From the IMG/VR virus record IMGVR_UViG_3300033149_002985, positions 28,966 through 92,965 of that record: DNA of 64,000 nucleotides, one strand, 5' to 3'. Under the pieces are notes generated by a model, which worked only from the letters and a program-made list of their open reading frames with translations, ran no database searches and was not told where the DNA came from. Positions 21,413 through 31,753 of the stretch are shown here, one piece after another. A program made the translations under genes and the position numbers. Origin of the DNA: a virus. Position 1 is the first letter of the stretch. Each line of letters begins with the position of its first letter.

Positions 21413-22189
21413 TCATGATTTCTCCTTTGGTTTGAAAGGACAAGCATCCCATAGAGGATTCAAATTTATTTCTGATTTATTATATTGTTTGAATTTTTGA
21501 TCAATTAATAAAAAATTAGTTTCCTTATTTATTATTAAAGGAATATCGTCTTTACGATTTACAGAAGTAAAATAATCTCGAAATTTAAATCCTTTACCTA
21601 GAACTTTTTCAGATAATCGAACCCAAATATTAGGAATTCCGTATGCATCTGCTATTATTAACCCATGCAAAGCAGAACTCATAACTTGTTCACTTGCACA
21701 AATTTCATCTATAAATTGATAGAGATCTCCTGTAATATCAATAAAATGAATATTTTTAAATCGTTTTTTAAGAATAGGAATTAATTCTCTATCTATATGG
21801 TGTGGAATAATAGATAAGGCATATTTTTTATCCATCCTTGGCTTATAAAATCTTGACATTAATAATGCTGGATCACCATAAATTTTTGGACAGTCATAAC
21901 CTCTTTTAATTAATTCTTCTCTAGTTAATTTACCCCTTACTGCACAAATTTTTTTAGGTTTTTCTTGAAACATTGTATTATCTGTTTCAGACATTTTACC
22001 AGTGCCCCAAATTATAGTATTTTTATCAGCCCATCCAATCACACTTCCAATTGCCATATAAATTGTTTCGTTTTCTGGATTCAGAAAACTATTATTAACA
22101 ATAGTTGGAGCATGTCCAGTAATTAGACGAATTAATTCGCTATTTAAAGTATCACCAAAATTTCTTAATTTACAAGCTCTAAGTAACAT
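21413..22189 (-). CDS. Polysaccharide pyruvyl transferase
   Basis: NFGD, IGS, VRG.LT, GDPALL, SSALHGLIIADAYGIP, KF.DY. Confidence 0.9.
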   Translation of the reverse strand: MLLRACKLRNFGDTLNSELIRLITGHAPTIVNNSFLNPENETIYMAIGSVIGWADKNTIIWGTGKMSETDNTMFQEKPKKICAVRGKLTREELIKRGYDCPKIYGDPALLMSRFYKPRMDKKYALSIIPHHIDRELIPILKKRFKNIHFIDITGDLYQFIDEICASEQVMSSALHGLIIADAYGIPNIWVRLSEKVLGKGFKFRDYFTSVNRKDDIPLIINKETNFLLIDQKFKQYNKSEINLNPLWDACPFKPKEKS

Positions 22190-22205
22190 TTTTTAAAATC
22201 CTCTA

Positions 22206-22691
22206 TTATTTTTGTGCGTATTTTCTTAAATCCACAAATTTAATTTTTCTTTGTTTACTTTTGGGTTTAAAAATAATAATAGCAGAAGCAAATGGAGCAG
22301 TTGTTTTTTTACCTCCAAACTTTACTTTGCCTCTCATAAACCAGATTTCATCTGCATTATTGCAAATAATATCATGCCAATAGGTTCTATCTGTAGCGGA
22401 AACAATTAAAAATACTACAGTAGCATTATTATTTTCTGATTCTGCATATCCTTTTTCTAACCATTCTCTAGTATGTCCACCATAGGGAGGATTAACGAAA
22501 ACAATCTCATCTTTCCAAGATTTAATTAATCCATTATCTTTTATAGTATAATGTTTTTTACATTTTGTATTTTCATGAGTACAACAAGGATCAAGGGTAA
22601 AATTAAATATAGAATCTAAATAATTAAATAAATTTAAAGGAGTAGCCCATTCGTTACTTTTAGATGAAACCATCGCCTTTTGTAATGACAT
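22206..22691 (-). CDS. Phage N6-adenine DNA methyltransferase (Dam family)
   Basis: EWATP...FTLDPC...VFVNPPYG...RG.VKF. Confidence 0.9.
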   Translation of the reverse strand: MSLQKAMVSSKSNEWATPLNLFNYLDSIFNFTLDPCCTHENTKCKKHYTIKDNGLIKSWKDEIVFVNPPYGGHTREWLEKGYAESENNNATVVFLIVSATDRTYWHDIICNNADEIWFMRGKVKFGGKKTTAPFASAIIIFKPKSKQRKIKFVDLRKYAQK

Positions 22692-22703
22692 AATTATACT
22701 CCT

Positions 22704-23303
22704 TTATTTAGCATTAGCTTTTATTCTCCAAAAATAATAACCTTTTCCTTTTTCCTTTTTAATACTTATAATATGATATTGTTTAAATAATTCTTTAATT
22801 TCTTTAGGGGAATATTCTATCAAAGGTTCGGGTTTTTTACAATACCTTTTTTGAGTTCCTATCCTAAATAAAATATCAATTTCCCCCTCAGGGGTTAAAA
22901 CTCTTCTAAAAAAATCTAAATATTGTTTACAAAGTTTAGGAGAAATATGTTGAAAAACATGCCTAGCATAAACAAAATCTATAGGTAATAATATTTTCTT
23001 TTCATAATGTTCTGCAAGAACTAATTTAACCTTATATATATCTCCGTGCATTTTGATAAAATCAAAAGCTTCATTTAATATCTTAGATGACACTTCAATC
23101 CCATAAACTTTTTTAGCGTATTTAGAAAAATAATATGTTTCCCTGCCATACCCACAGCCAATATCAACAATAACTTTATCCTTAATCTTTTCAATAATTT
23201 CTGAATCTTCAAGTGCTAATTGAAAATTTTTATATTGTTTATGATTGGCAAAATAATCATTTTGCTGAAGTTTTTTCCAAACACGTAAGTTGTGGTCGAT
23301 CAT
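22704..23303 (-). CDS. Class I SAM-dependent methyltransferase
   Basis: VDIGCGYGR; VFQH. Confidence 0.85.
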   Translation of the reverse strand: MIDHNLRVWKKLQQNDYFANHKQYKNFQLALEDSEIIEKIKDKVIVDIGCGYGRETYYFSKYAKKVYGIEVSSKILNEAFDFIKMHGDIYKVKLVLAEHYEKKILLPIDFVYARHVFQHISPKLCKQYLDFFRRVLTPEGEIDILFRIGTQKRYCKKPEPLIEYSPKEIKELFKQYHIISIKKEKGKGYYFWRIKANAK

Positions 23304-23463
23304 TTATTTCCTTTTTCTTAAATCGTATTTGCTCTCAATTAAAGATAACAAATCTCCTCTAGCATCTTCCATCTCTCCGTTTAACATATCAGCAAAATAG
23401 TCAAGATAATATTCTGACCAACATGATAAAATATCTTCTTTGGTTATTTTATAATCACTATTT

Positions 23464-24135
23464 CTATCCATTATACTCTCTTTTATATTTTTCTATGACT
23501 TCTTTATATGATAAATGTTCAATATCTTTTAAATTGTATTTTCCGCCCCATTCTTTATCTATTTTTCTCTTCCAAGAACCAATTCTATTACTATGGAAAT
23601 CAATACTATATAAAACTTTATTAACATCAGTTGTAGGATAAACTTTCTCCATTACTTCTCGCCATTTTGCGTCTTCTGCACCAAAATTCATATTTTCTGG
23701 AAAACGAATAGTTTTATTTACTGGAAAGAGCAAGGTAGCAAAACCCCTAGTTGTACCAGGTTTCTTAGTTTTTAAATTTTCCCATGTACAATAAACCATT
23801 TTATCTTCTGTCATTTCTTTTAATTGTAGTTCAATTCTTTCAGGATGAGAAACGTCGTCAGAATCCATCCACATAGCGTATTTTGTATTGCATAAATCTA
23901 ATAAACGATTCCTAGCATGACCTACACCCCAATTTTCATCCCAATAATAATATTTAATTCTATTATCTTGTTGACTTAACTTTTCAACAATTTGTTTAGT
24001 ATTATCTGTTGATCCGTCATCATAAATAATCAATTCAAAATTTGTATATGTTTGATTGAGAATACTTTGAATAGATCGCTCTATAAAATCTTCTCTATTA
24101 TAAACTGGCATTAATACACTTATTTTTTCATTCAT
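23464..24135 (-). CDS. GT2 family glycosyltransferase
   Basis: ISVLMPVYN...DDGSTD...ARN...MDSDD...ED. Confidence 0.92.
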   Translation of the reverse strand: MNEKISVLMPVYNREDFIERSIQSILNQTYTNFELIIYDDGSTDNTKQIVEKLSQQDNRIKYYYWDENWGVGHARNRLLDLCNTKYAMWMDSDDVSHPERIELQLKEMTEDKMVYCTWENLKTKKPGTTRGFATLLFPVNKTIRFPENMNFGAEDAKWREVMEKVYPTTDVNKVLYSIDFHSNRIGSWKRKIDKEWGGKYNLKDIEHLSYKEVIEKYKREYNG

Positions 24136-24375
24136 AATAAACTCCTTTAAATTTATTCCCTTTTAAATAATTACGAACTTGTGTAGCTTTAATTAAAATC
24201 TCTTCATATTGACATCTAATACAAGAATTACACTCATCTATACAATCACCATGATGCTCATTTTGCGATTCTTTAATAAATTGAGCCCATGTTCTTAATG
24301 TTTCACATCTATCAGGTTTTTTATCCATATAAATACAATAAACTAAATAAGTAATATCTCTTAATAATAATTTTT

Positions 24376-24966
24376 TCATATTAATTTATCCTCTCTTGGT
24401 ATCCCTTCATAAACAATCTCGAATTTTTCAGGATGTGCAATAACATATTTATATAAAGACCAAGTTGTGAGTTCACTATGAGTTTTTGCACCAAAGGTTT
24501 CGCTAAGTGATTTTTTTGCCCAGTATGCAATACGATTAATACATATATCTTGATTAGGTAATTGCATGTATCTAGCAAATAATTTTATCCCTGTCAACCA
24601 AGTTAAGAGATTTCCAAAACAATTAAGAATATCGTATCCTTCATCTAAATCTTCCATTGTTATTTTACATAAATAACTTCTTTCAATGCTACTCATTCCT
24701 TTTATTCTAAAAATAAAAAGATTATTATTGGTATTCAAAAGTTTTGTTGAAGAATTAATTTGCACTTTACTTTGTTGTTCAATAATAGAATCTTTATTTA
24801 AAAACATTAAAGCATGATAGTGCAGAGGTTTTTCCAATTTTCCAACTATCATTCTAAAAAAATCATGCCAAATTGTCGGGCTTCGCATTAAATATTTAAC
24901 AAATTTAGGACAAATTTTTTTACTATCTACTAATGCGAAATCGCCTGGTAAAATATTAATTTTCAT
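24376..24966 (-). CDS. Permuted papain-like (NlpC/P60, YaeF/YiiX-like) amidase
   Basis: PGD.., His (YHALM) before YD and Cys (DIC); start reassigned to MKINILPG. Confidence 0.55.
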   Translation of the reverse strand: MKINILPGDFALVDSKKICPKFVKYLMRSPTIWHDFFRMIVGKLEKPLHYHALMFLNKDSIIEQQSKVQINSSTKLLNTNNNLFIFRIKGMSSIERSYLCKITMEDLDEGYDILNCFGNLLTWLTGIKLFARYMQLPNQDICINRIAYWAKKSLSETFGAKTHSELTTWSLYKYVIAHPEKFEIVYEGIPREDKLI

Positions 24967-25438
24967 TTTTATACCTCCAAATAAAATTACCTGCGTTTGG
25001 TTTATTACTTTTACAACATTGACATATATTAGAATGATTAATTTTAAGGGTTTTACTTGCAAATATAAGACTTTCCCATTCATTAATAAATTTCCCATTT
25101 AAATCATATTGTAAAATTGGTATACTGGAAACTCTTTTATTTCTTTCTGCACTATTTAATCTTTTTTCAATATATCTGCAATTTTTAAAAGTATAATTAT
25201 TATCATTTTTTATTCTATCAATAGTGGGTTGTTTCATTTCGTAAGCTTTATCAAAATACCATAACTCCCTTAATTGATTTTCTGTTATTAGACATTTAAT
25301 CCCTCTACCTCCATAATCTTTATAGGACTTATTATTGGGATTGGTACATCGTTGTTTAATAACAACTAATGTTTTTCGCCAAGGAAATCTCTTGTAATAA
25401 TTTAAAATATCTTTATTTATTTTATCTTGATTTTTCAT
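24956..25438 (-). CDS. HNH-type homing endonuclease with NUMOD1-like domain (paralogue of 12597..13247)
   Basis: RCTNPN..SYKDYGGRGI, TIDR...NY...NCR, QYDLNGKFINEWES. Confidence 0.8.
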   Translation of the reverse strand: MKNQDKINKDILNYYKRFPWRKTLVVIKQRCTNPNNKSYKDYGGRGIKCLITENQLRELWYFDKAYEMKQPTIDRIKNDNNYTFKNCRYIEKRLNSAERNKRVSSIPILQYDLNGKFINEWESLIFASKTLKINHSNICQCCKSNKPNAGNFIWRYKNEN

Positions 25439-25440
25439 AA

Positions 25441-25956
25441 TTAAATCAGCATTAATAAATAACCAGTAAATATAAATCCATAGTTTATTAAATCACTAAC
25501 TAATAAATTATTTCCAAATACTTTAATTTCTCCCCATCCTCGATAACTAAATATTGTTTGTCCTATAATTATGAACAAGCATCCTATAATATAGAACAGC
25601 CAATTTGCTTTTAAAATAGGACATACTAAACCTATTAAACACATTCCTAATCCAATTGTACCACGCACAAAAATATCAGTTAAACGATGGTTCTGATTTA
25701 AAATCTTATACCAAAATCTTCCAAGAGTAGAACCTGCATCTGTCGCATCAGGAATACCATATCCCATGCTGACCCATATCCCAAATGTACCTAAAAGAAT
25801 ACCTAACCATGATTGTAAAGAGATAACTCCTATTGTTGCTAAAATAATGGGTAATATTACTCTTCTCCATTCTTTAACTCCTTGACCTCCTAAAGCTCCT
25901 AAATAGGCTCCGATAAGGGGCAATAGATATTTTAATTGTTTAAAAAATTTGAACAT
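25441..25956 (-). CDS. Multi-pass membrane protein
   Basis: About 5 hydrophobic, Gly-rich segments. Confidence 0.65.
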   Translation of the reverse strand: MFKFFKQLKYLLPLIGAYLGALGGQGVKEWRRVILPIILATIGVISLQSWLGILLGTFGIWVSMGYGIPDATDAGSTLGRFWYKILNQNHRLTDIFVRGTIGLGMCLIGLVCPILKANWLFYIIGCLFIIIGQTIFSYRGWGEIKVFGNNLLVSDLINYGFIFTGYLLMLI

Positions 25957-26271
25957 TCGTTTATCTCCTCTAATTCATTTTCTGTTATTGAAATACAAAC
26001 CTCGTTGTCTGGACTTAAATAAGGATTATAACCTTGTCTACAAAGCGAAACAATTAATTGATCTGCATAATCTTCATTTAGAATTTCTATTTTAAATTCA
26101 TATTTTTTCATTTATGAGTCTCCCAATCAAATTTTAAAATATCTTTCTTTTTTGGTGGTTTATCAAATCTAATAGTATTATCCCCTGTATATTCCCAGGG
26201 ATTTAAAAAATCAGGAACTCTAATAGTAAATGTCCATTTAAAAATTTTTATAATTCTATACATTTCTACTT

Positions 26272-26934
26272 TCATTTTAAAATTTCCTCTATATCTTTGT
26301 ATTCAATAAATTTATTTAATCGACTTGTTTTTGAACAACTAATAATTTTAATATCTGGGCGTTCTTTATTAAGTTTTTTTAAGACTTCTGCAAAATGAGG
26401 GTAATAATTACTCAAATTTTTATTGAATTTTTCAACACTACGTCCATATCCTCCATGATAATGAGTTTCTTCTGTTGAACACATATCCATCCCAAGCAGG
26501 TAGATCTTTTTGAATTTTTTAATAATGGTATACTGGAATGCACAGAAGCCACTATTATAACCACTGTGGAAGTTATCGAAATTATATCCTACGTCTTTTG
26601 CTGAACGGCAAATAATAATCTGGTTAAAATCTGTCAGATTGTACGTTAAATTATAACGAGTATCAGTAATTTTTCCATTTTTAAGTTGCATAAAGGAAGC
26701 AATGAGATTCACGACAAATATCTTCTTGGACGGCGTTAGCTTCCAGCGATTGTAAAGGTTATACTTTTTCAAATAATTCAAAAAAGTGATATCCGTCGTA
26801 ATAAAAAAGTTTGCGTTCGGGACATCCAAAAATGATTTATTACTAACTATAGTAATTTTGTCTTTCAATTTGTTAAAATCGAATTCTTTTAAACTCGACC
26901 CCCCTGCCACAATAAATATAGAATTGTTATTCAT
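26272..26934 (-). CDS. MptE-like / glycosyltransferase-associated protein (paralogue of 13765..14547)
   Basis: IVAGGSS, NSGF.A.Q, IYLLGMD, THYH. Confidence 0.7.
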   Translation of the reverse strand: MNNNSIFIVAGGSSLKEFDFNKLKDKITIVSNKSFLDVPNANFFITTDITFLNYLKKYNLYNRWKLTPSKKIFVVNLIASFMQLKNGKITDTRYNLTYNLTDFNQIIICRSAKDVGYNFDNFHSGYNSGFCAFQYTIIKKFKKIYLLGMDMCSTEETHYHGGYGRSVEKFNKNLSNYYPHFAEVLKKLNKERPDIKIISCSKTSRLNKFIEYKDIEEILK

Positions 26935-27640
26935 ATTTGTCCGATTTTCTTAAATTATCTTCAGCCCACATCGGTTGAAGATTAGTATAATTAAAACATT
27001 TTAATTGCTCTTCTGGCTTGCTTAAATCAAACAAGACACATGGTTTAATATGGTCTATAACCCACTCTTTTTTACCATTCCAACCTCCACCATAATTATC
27101 CCAATTCATACCTTCTACAAATTGTTCTTCTAAATGTTGTTTTAATTGTTCTATAGAACAACCTAATAGCTCGATTGTTCTTTTACTTTTTGAGTTTATT
27201 TTCAACGCCTGTCCGATGCGCCTTCTTAAATTGTTTGTAATTCTAAAATTAATATCTGTTTTTCTTCTATTTCTTTGATACTTACTTGTTTGTTTATTAA
27301 TTTTTTCTTTGTTTTTATCTTGGTATTCTTTATTGTATTTCGCAAACCTTTCTCTATTTTTTCCTTGATAGTCTTTTTGATATTTTGCAACTTTTGCTTT
27401 ATTTTTATCTCTATACTCTTTTGCGTATTTTAATGATTTCTTTTTGTTTTCTGGCTTGGCAAGGTATTTTTTATTTCGTTTAGCGATTTTATCCTTATTA
27501 TTGTCGTTGTATTTTTTTACACATTCTTTACATTCAGGTCGTAATCCGTCTTTCATGCTTTTATTCTTACTAAATGCACTCAGAGGTTTTACGGGTTGTT
27601 TACAGTTTTTGTTATTACAAATTTTAGTTTCTTTATCCAT
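26927..27640 (-). CDS. HNH endonuclease
   Basis: N-terminal Zn finger and basic repeats; LLGCS...MNWDNYG...W.IDHIKPC..F...FNYTNLQP.W..DN..K. Confidence 0.85.
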   Translation of the reverse strand: MDKETKICNNKNCKQPVKPLSAFSKNKSMKDGLRPECKECVKKYNDNNKDKIAKRNKKYLAKPENKKKSLKYAKEYRDKNKAKVAKYQKDYQGKNRERFAKYNKEYQDKNKEKINKQTSKYQRNRRKTDINFRITNNLRRRIGQALKINSKSKRTIELLGCSIEQLKQHLEEQFVEGMNWDNYGGGWNGKKEWVIDHIKPCVLFDLSKPEEQLKCFNYTNLQPMWAEDNLRKSDKYE

Positions 27641-28038
27641 TACAAATCCAGTAAGCCTTTTATTTTTAAAATATCAATAGTATATTCTTTTCCATCGATT
27701 ATTTTACCACCTAAACTTTTTCTATTAATATCATTGGGATCGATTTTTCCTTCTTCAACATAAGCCATTTCAATCATTACTGTATCTGTGTCAGCAACAA
27801 AACGATGTTTGGTTGGACATCTGACTACCCAACTTTCATTTTCCATTAATGATGCGCTTCCAAATTCTGTTTCAATTCTGACGTTTCCTGAAATAACAAT
27901 AAATTTATTAATTTTATTTTTATGTGTATGGGTTGAACAAAATGTGTTAGCTTTTAAATATAGCAAATCAACTTCATTTTTATCATCTAAATGTATTCTT
28001 CTTCGTGTTCCCCAAATCTTATTTATATTTTCGCTCAT
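27640..28038 (-). CDS. Cupin (sugar isomerase-like)
   Basis: KIWG, CSTHTH..K...F.V.SG, HRF; start reassigned to MSENINK. Confidence 0.7.
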   Translation of the reverse strand: MSENINKIWGTRRRIHLDDKNEVDLLYLKANTFCSTHTHKNKINKFIVISGNVRIETEFGSASLMENESWVVRCPTKHRFVADTDTVMIEMAYVEEGKIDPNDINRKSLGGKIIDGKEYTIDILKIKGLLDL

Positions 28039-28172
28039 TATTCTCCTTTTTGGAATGATATTTTGGATTACACCAAATACAACCATTTTTTGTAAAAAAT
28101 TTATCACTAGGTAATATTCTAAAACAAGTCTTACATTCTAATTCATTTTCAAACCAAGGGCGTGTAAAAATA

Positions 28173-28859
28173 TCATTTTTCATAATACAAAGTATTAACT
28201 CCCTTTATTTTTTCTAATTTTAAAGTTTGTATTTGTCCATTTCTTATCCATTGCGAAATTGAGCATATTGCATTCTTATCTGTTCTATAATGATGATTGA
28301 TTTTAATAATGGCATCTTTTAATTTAATACCAGGTTCTTGTTTCACTAATTCTTCTAATTGTCTCAAAGTGTTTTTATAAGGTGTATATCTTTCTCCATA
28401 AGAATTTCCAGCTTTTGCAAAATTTTTTTGATGTTCATTTAATCTATCCTTTAAAATTTCTAATGGATCATTACATTCTTTAGGTGAAGTACGCTCCTTA
28501 ATTATAAATTCTTCTTTATAATTATGTTTTCTAACAGTAAGAACCCCTATCCCTAATAAACTTGCAATTCGTTCTCTAAAAAGATTGGTATATTTACAAG
28601 GAATGCCAATAGACACATAATGTGCATAATCTATCCAACCATCAGCTTGAGCTAAAACTTTAAATCCAAAATTTAATTTTGTTTCTATTACCCAAATTTT
28701 ATCATTTTTAACAGCAACTATATCTGCTATACTATCATAAGACCTTATTTGTACTTCTTGATAAACTTCCCATCCTTTGGATTTTAACCAAGTTACAATC
28801 TGTTCTGCTAATTGCTCTTCATTACTAAATTTAAAAGATATCAAAATTTTCCTCCACAT
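28173..28859 (-). CDS. PD-(D/E)XK nuclease-like protein
   Basis: YQEV...ADIVA...WVIETK...QA. Confidence 0.6.
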   Translation of the reverse strand: MWRKILISFKFSNEEQLAEQIVTWLKSKGWEVYQEVQIRSYDSIADIVAVKNDKIWVIETKLNFGFKVLAQADGWIDYAHYVSIGIPCKYTNLFRERIASLLGIGVLTVRKHNYKEEFIIKERTSPKECNDPLEILKDRLNEHQKNFAKAGNSYGERYTPYKNTLRQLEELVKQEPGIKLKDAIIKINHHYRTDKNAICSISQWIRNGQIQTLKLEKIKGVNTLYYEK

Positions 28860-29354
28860 TTAATTCCTATATATTGTCCATTGATATCAAATTCAGGATA
28901 ACATTTTATTATATCACATCCACTTAATAATAATCCTGTAATTATTCCAATAATAATTAAAAATCCTATAGTTTTCCACATATCAGTTTCATTCATATAC
29001 ATATTATTTTTCCTCTTTATTTAAATCAATAATCTTTTACATTTAGAAAATTCTTTACATGTTGATTTTCTTAAACAAGTATCGTATTTATTCATACTTT
29101 CTTTTTTATCTGAATACTTTTTTTCCATTTTTTAAAATCTTTTTGATTAAAATTTGCCATCAAACATTCTTTACCTTCTAACTCTCTTGCCCAACTCAAA
29201 ATTGTTTCTAGAACACTTATTGCATATCTCCTTTCAATTTCATCAAGTAAACGCATTCTCTCAGTATCTTCCATATTAGGACATGTTCTGTGCATTTCTA
29301 ATTCTTCTTCAATTATTTTAACAAACCTTTTATAAATTTTTCTATAATTTAACA

Positions 29355-30011
29355 TTATTCTATATCCTTTTTTTTGACCTTTTTAAGCTGTATAGCTTTA
29401 TCTGCACAATTTTTATAAATACTATTGTGAGTAACCATAATAATTTGTCTATTGAATTTTTGACTAATTTCTTTTAAAAACTGTCCTGCTTTTTGGTCAT
29501 AAATTTCATCCTCTTCTTCTTCACCAGAAAGTCCAGTAAAAGGTTCGTCAAGTAAAAGAAATCCTTCGTTTTTTGGTAAAAAAGTTTCAAGTAAAACTAA
29601 TCGCAAAGCGAAAGAAACAATACTAATAACTCCACCTGAATCAGTATCAATAATATCTGCTTTCTCTTGTAGTTCTGGAGTCTTAATATTAAAATCTAAA
29701 GTCCCTAATGAACCTCTTCTATCAAATTCTAAAGCAAACTCAAATCCATCTTCTTCAAATACATATTGCATAGCATAAGTAACTAACTTTTCAAACTGTT
29801 GTTTAGTCTTTTCACGTGTAACTCGTTGAACTAAATTTAAAAGTTCAACAGCCTTACTTTCTCGCTCTTTTTGTTCCTTTAATTCAATAATAGTAAGTTC
29901 AGCATTTTCAATAGTATTAGAAATAGCAATATGCTGACCGTTTAAGTTGCCTAATTTAATATTAATATCATTAAAAGTTTGGTCTAAATTTTGTAAAGTA
30001 ATATTATCCAT
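29355..30011 (-). CDS. Rad50/SbcC C-terminal half
   Basis: Signature DSGG, Walker B LLLDEP, H-loop MVTH; no Walker A. Confidence 0.85.
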   Translation of the reverse strand: MDNITLQNLDQTFNDINIKLGNLNGQHIAISNTIENAELTIIELKEQKERESKAVELLNLVQRVTREKTKQQFEKLVTYAMQYVFEEDGFEFALEFDRRGSLGTLDFNIKTPELQEKADIIDTDSGGVISIVSFALRLVLLETFLPKNEGFLLLDEPFTGLSGEEEEDEIYDQKAGQFLKEISQKFNRQIIMVTHNSIYKNCADKAIQLKKVKKKDIE

Positions 30012-30163
30012 TTTTTAAAATCTCTTTCAAATCTAAGCCTATAGTTAAAGATTTTGCTTCTTGTTCCATTTCTTTTTCACATACAGAACAGTTACATAAA
30101 GGATCATGAATAAGACCCTTTTCAATCTTATTAAGATGCTCTAACATTTCTTTTATTGTTATT

Positions 30164-30397
30164 TTATCCATTAACCAATCCATTTATTTTTGTTAACTCT
30201 TCTTCGATTTCTTTAGTAGATTCCCCAATAATTTTCTTTAGTTCTTCTGGTTTAACTTCTAAAGGAATTAACTCTTCAACAAGTTTCACCCTATGTTCTT
30301 CTGTAGATTTAAGTTGTTGCTCAAAACGGATTTTATCTTCCTTATTTTTTTGGGCTTTTTCTTTTAAATCTTTAAGCTGTTTAACATAATTACTCAT
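30164..30397 (-). CDS. Small coiled-coil protein in the Mre11/Rad50 locus
   Basis: Heptad K/E/L pattern. Confidence 0.55.
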   Translation of the reverse strand: MSNYVKQLKDLKEKAQKNKEDKIRFEQQLKSTEEHRVKLVEELIPLEVKPEELKKIIGESTKEIEEELTKINGLVNG

Positions 30398-30610
30398 TTC
30401 TTTTTCTCCTTAATTATAAATATTGCTTCTCCGTATGGGTTCCAAAAAATATGTTTACGAGTATGCCATAAACAAACATTTGTTCCATCTATTCTCTGTA
30501 AAGAAACTTCGCATTTATTAGATGGATGTGGTCTTTGTTCTTTTACTTCTGGAATATCTTCCCATTCTTTAGGAGCAGGTGCTGAACTTGTTCTATAAAT
30601 ATTTATTCCT

Positions 30611-31537
30611 CTATCCATTTTCTAATTCTCCTATTTTATCCATTATACAATCCACTACCGCTTTTTCTATATTATTCTCATTCGCTACCATTTGAATAGC
30701 ATTCATAGTATCCATCTGTTGAAATTTAACATCATTAATCATATCAACAAAATTATCTATACTCTGATTAAATTCTTTCTTTTCTTCATGTTTTTCTATA
30801 TCAAATAATTCTGAACCATTTTTAGCAACTTTTATTTTTTCAATTCTAATAGGTTTTCCTGTTTCATAAATTAAATAAGAAGGTTCAATAACAGATTCGT
30901 CAATTTTTCTTCTCCCCAAACATCCGACGTTGATATATTTTGTACCATCAATTTCTTTAGTTTTCCATGCCTTGTGATTGTGTGCAATTAATAAATAATC
31001 GTAATTAGTTTTAAATTTTCCCACAACACAATGAGGAATATGTTTAAAAAAAGGTTTTTCTGTAATTAAGGCATGAACAATGCCTATTTTAATTTTTGTA
31101 GAAGTATTACACATTAACCCATTTTCATTAATATCGTTTTCAATTCCAAAATAATAATCATGCCCGTTTATAGTTTCGTCCTCCGTTTCTATTCCTGTTA
31201 AAATTTCAATGTTTTTTGACCGTCTAAACATATGAGCAAGAGAAGCAGTAGAAGAATTTTCTACACTCGCACCAATTTCACAATGATTCCCATAAAGCAG
31301 TTTCATTTTAATATTATATTTTTCAAGCAAGTCCAAAAATTTATCTATCAATCCATAACTTACAATAGGAATTTCAAAAAGATCACCGCCATCAATCCAA
31401 CAATCGCATTTTTCTTTTTGATAAATTTGACAAACTTCTTCTAATTTAGCCATTACAGAATCACAATAATTATCAATACGATTAGTAGGATTCTTTCTTT
31501 TTAAATGAATGTCTTGAGTATATATAAACTTAATCAT
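30611..31537 (-). CDS. Mre11/SbcD nuclease
   Basis: DIH, GGDLF, GNH, VH, AHNH, NVG.LGR. Confidence 0.85.
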   Translation of the reverse strand: MIKFIYTQDIHLKRKNPTNRIDNYCDSVMAKLEEVCQIYQKEKCDCWIDGGDLFEIPIVSYGLIDKFLDLLEKYNIKMKLLYGNHCEIGASVENSSTASLAHMFRRSKNIEILTGIETEDETINGHDYYFGIENDINENGLMCNTSTKIKIGIVHALITEKPFFKHIPHCVVGKFKTNYDYLLIAHNHKAWKTKEIDGTKYINVGCLGRRKIDESVIEPSYLIYETGKPIRIEKIKVAKNGSELFDIEKHEEKKEFNQSIDNFVDMINDVKFQQMDTMNAIQMVANENNIEKAVVDCIMDKIGELENG

Positions 31538-31753
31538 TATAAATATTTCTTCAAATTTATATTGAATGTGTTATATCCATTTCTTTTAAATCTCGCCATC
31601 TATACAATTTCTTACAAACAGGACATAATAATTTTTCATTCGGAAAATCTTTATTCCGTAATCCTTGGGGAAAACTGATGAAAATTCTCATTTTACATGA
31701 AGGTGTAGCATCTATTGGACATCTGTATTTTTTAATTGAAATAAATTTATCTG

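Noticed and set aside
24966-25098. Long N-terminal extensions in the ORF track (also rtcB 62399, radical SAM 20800, cupin 28107)
   Set aside because: They overlap upstream genes; internal ATGs with an RBS or stop-start coupling fit better
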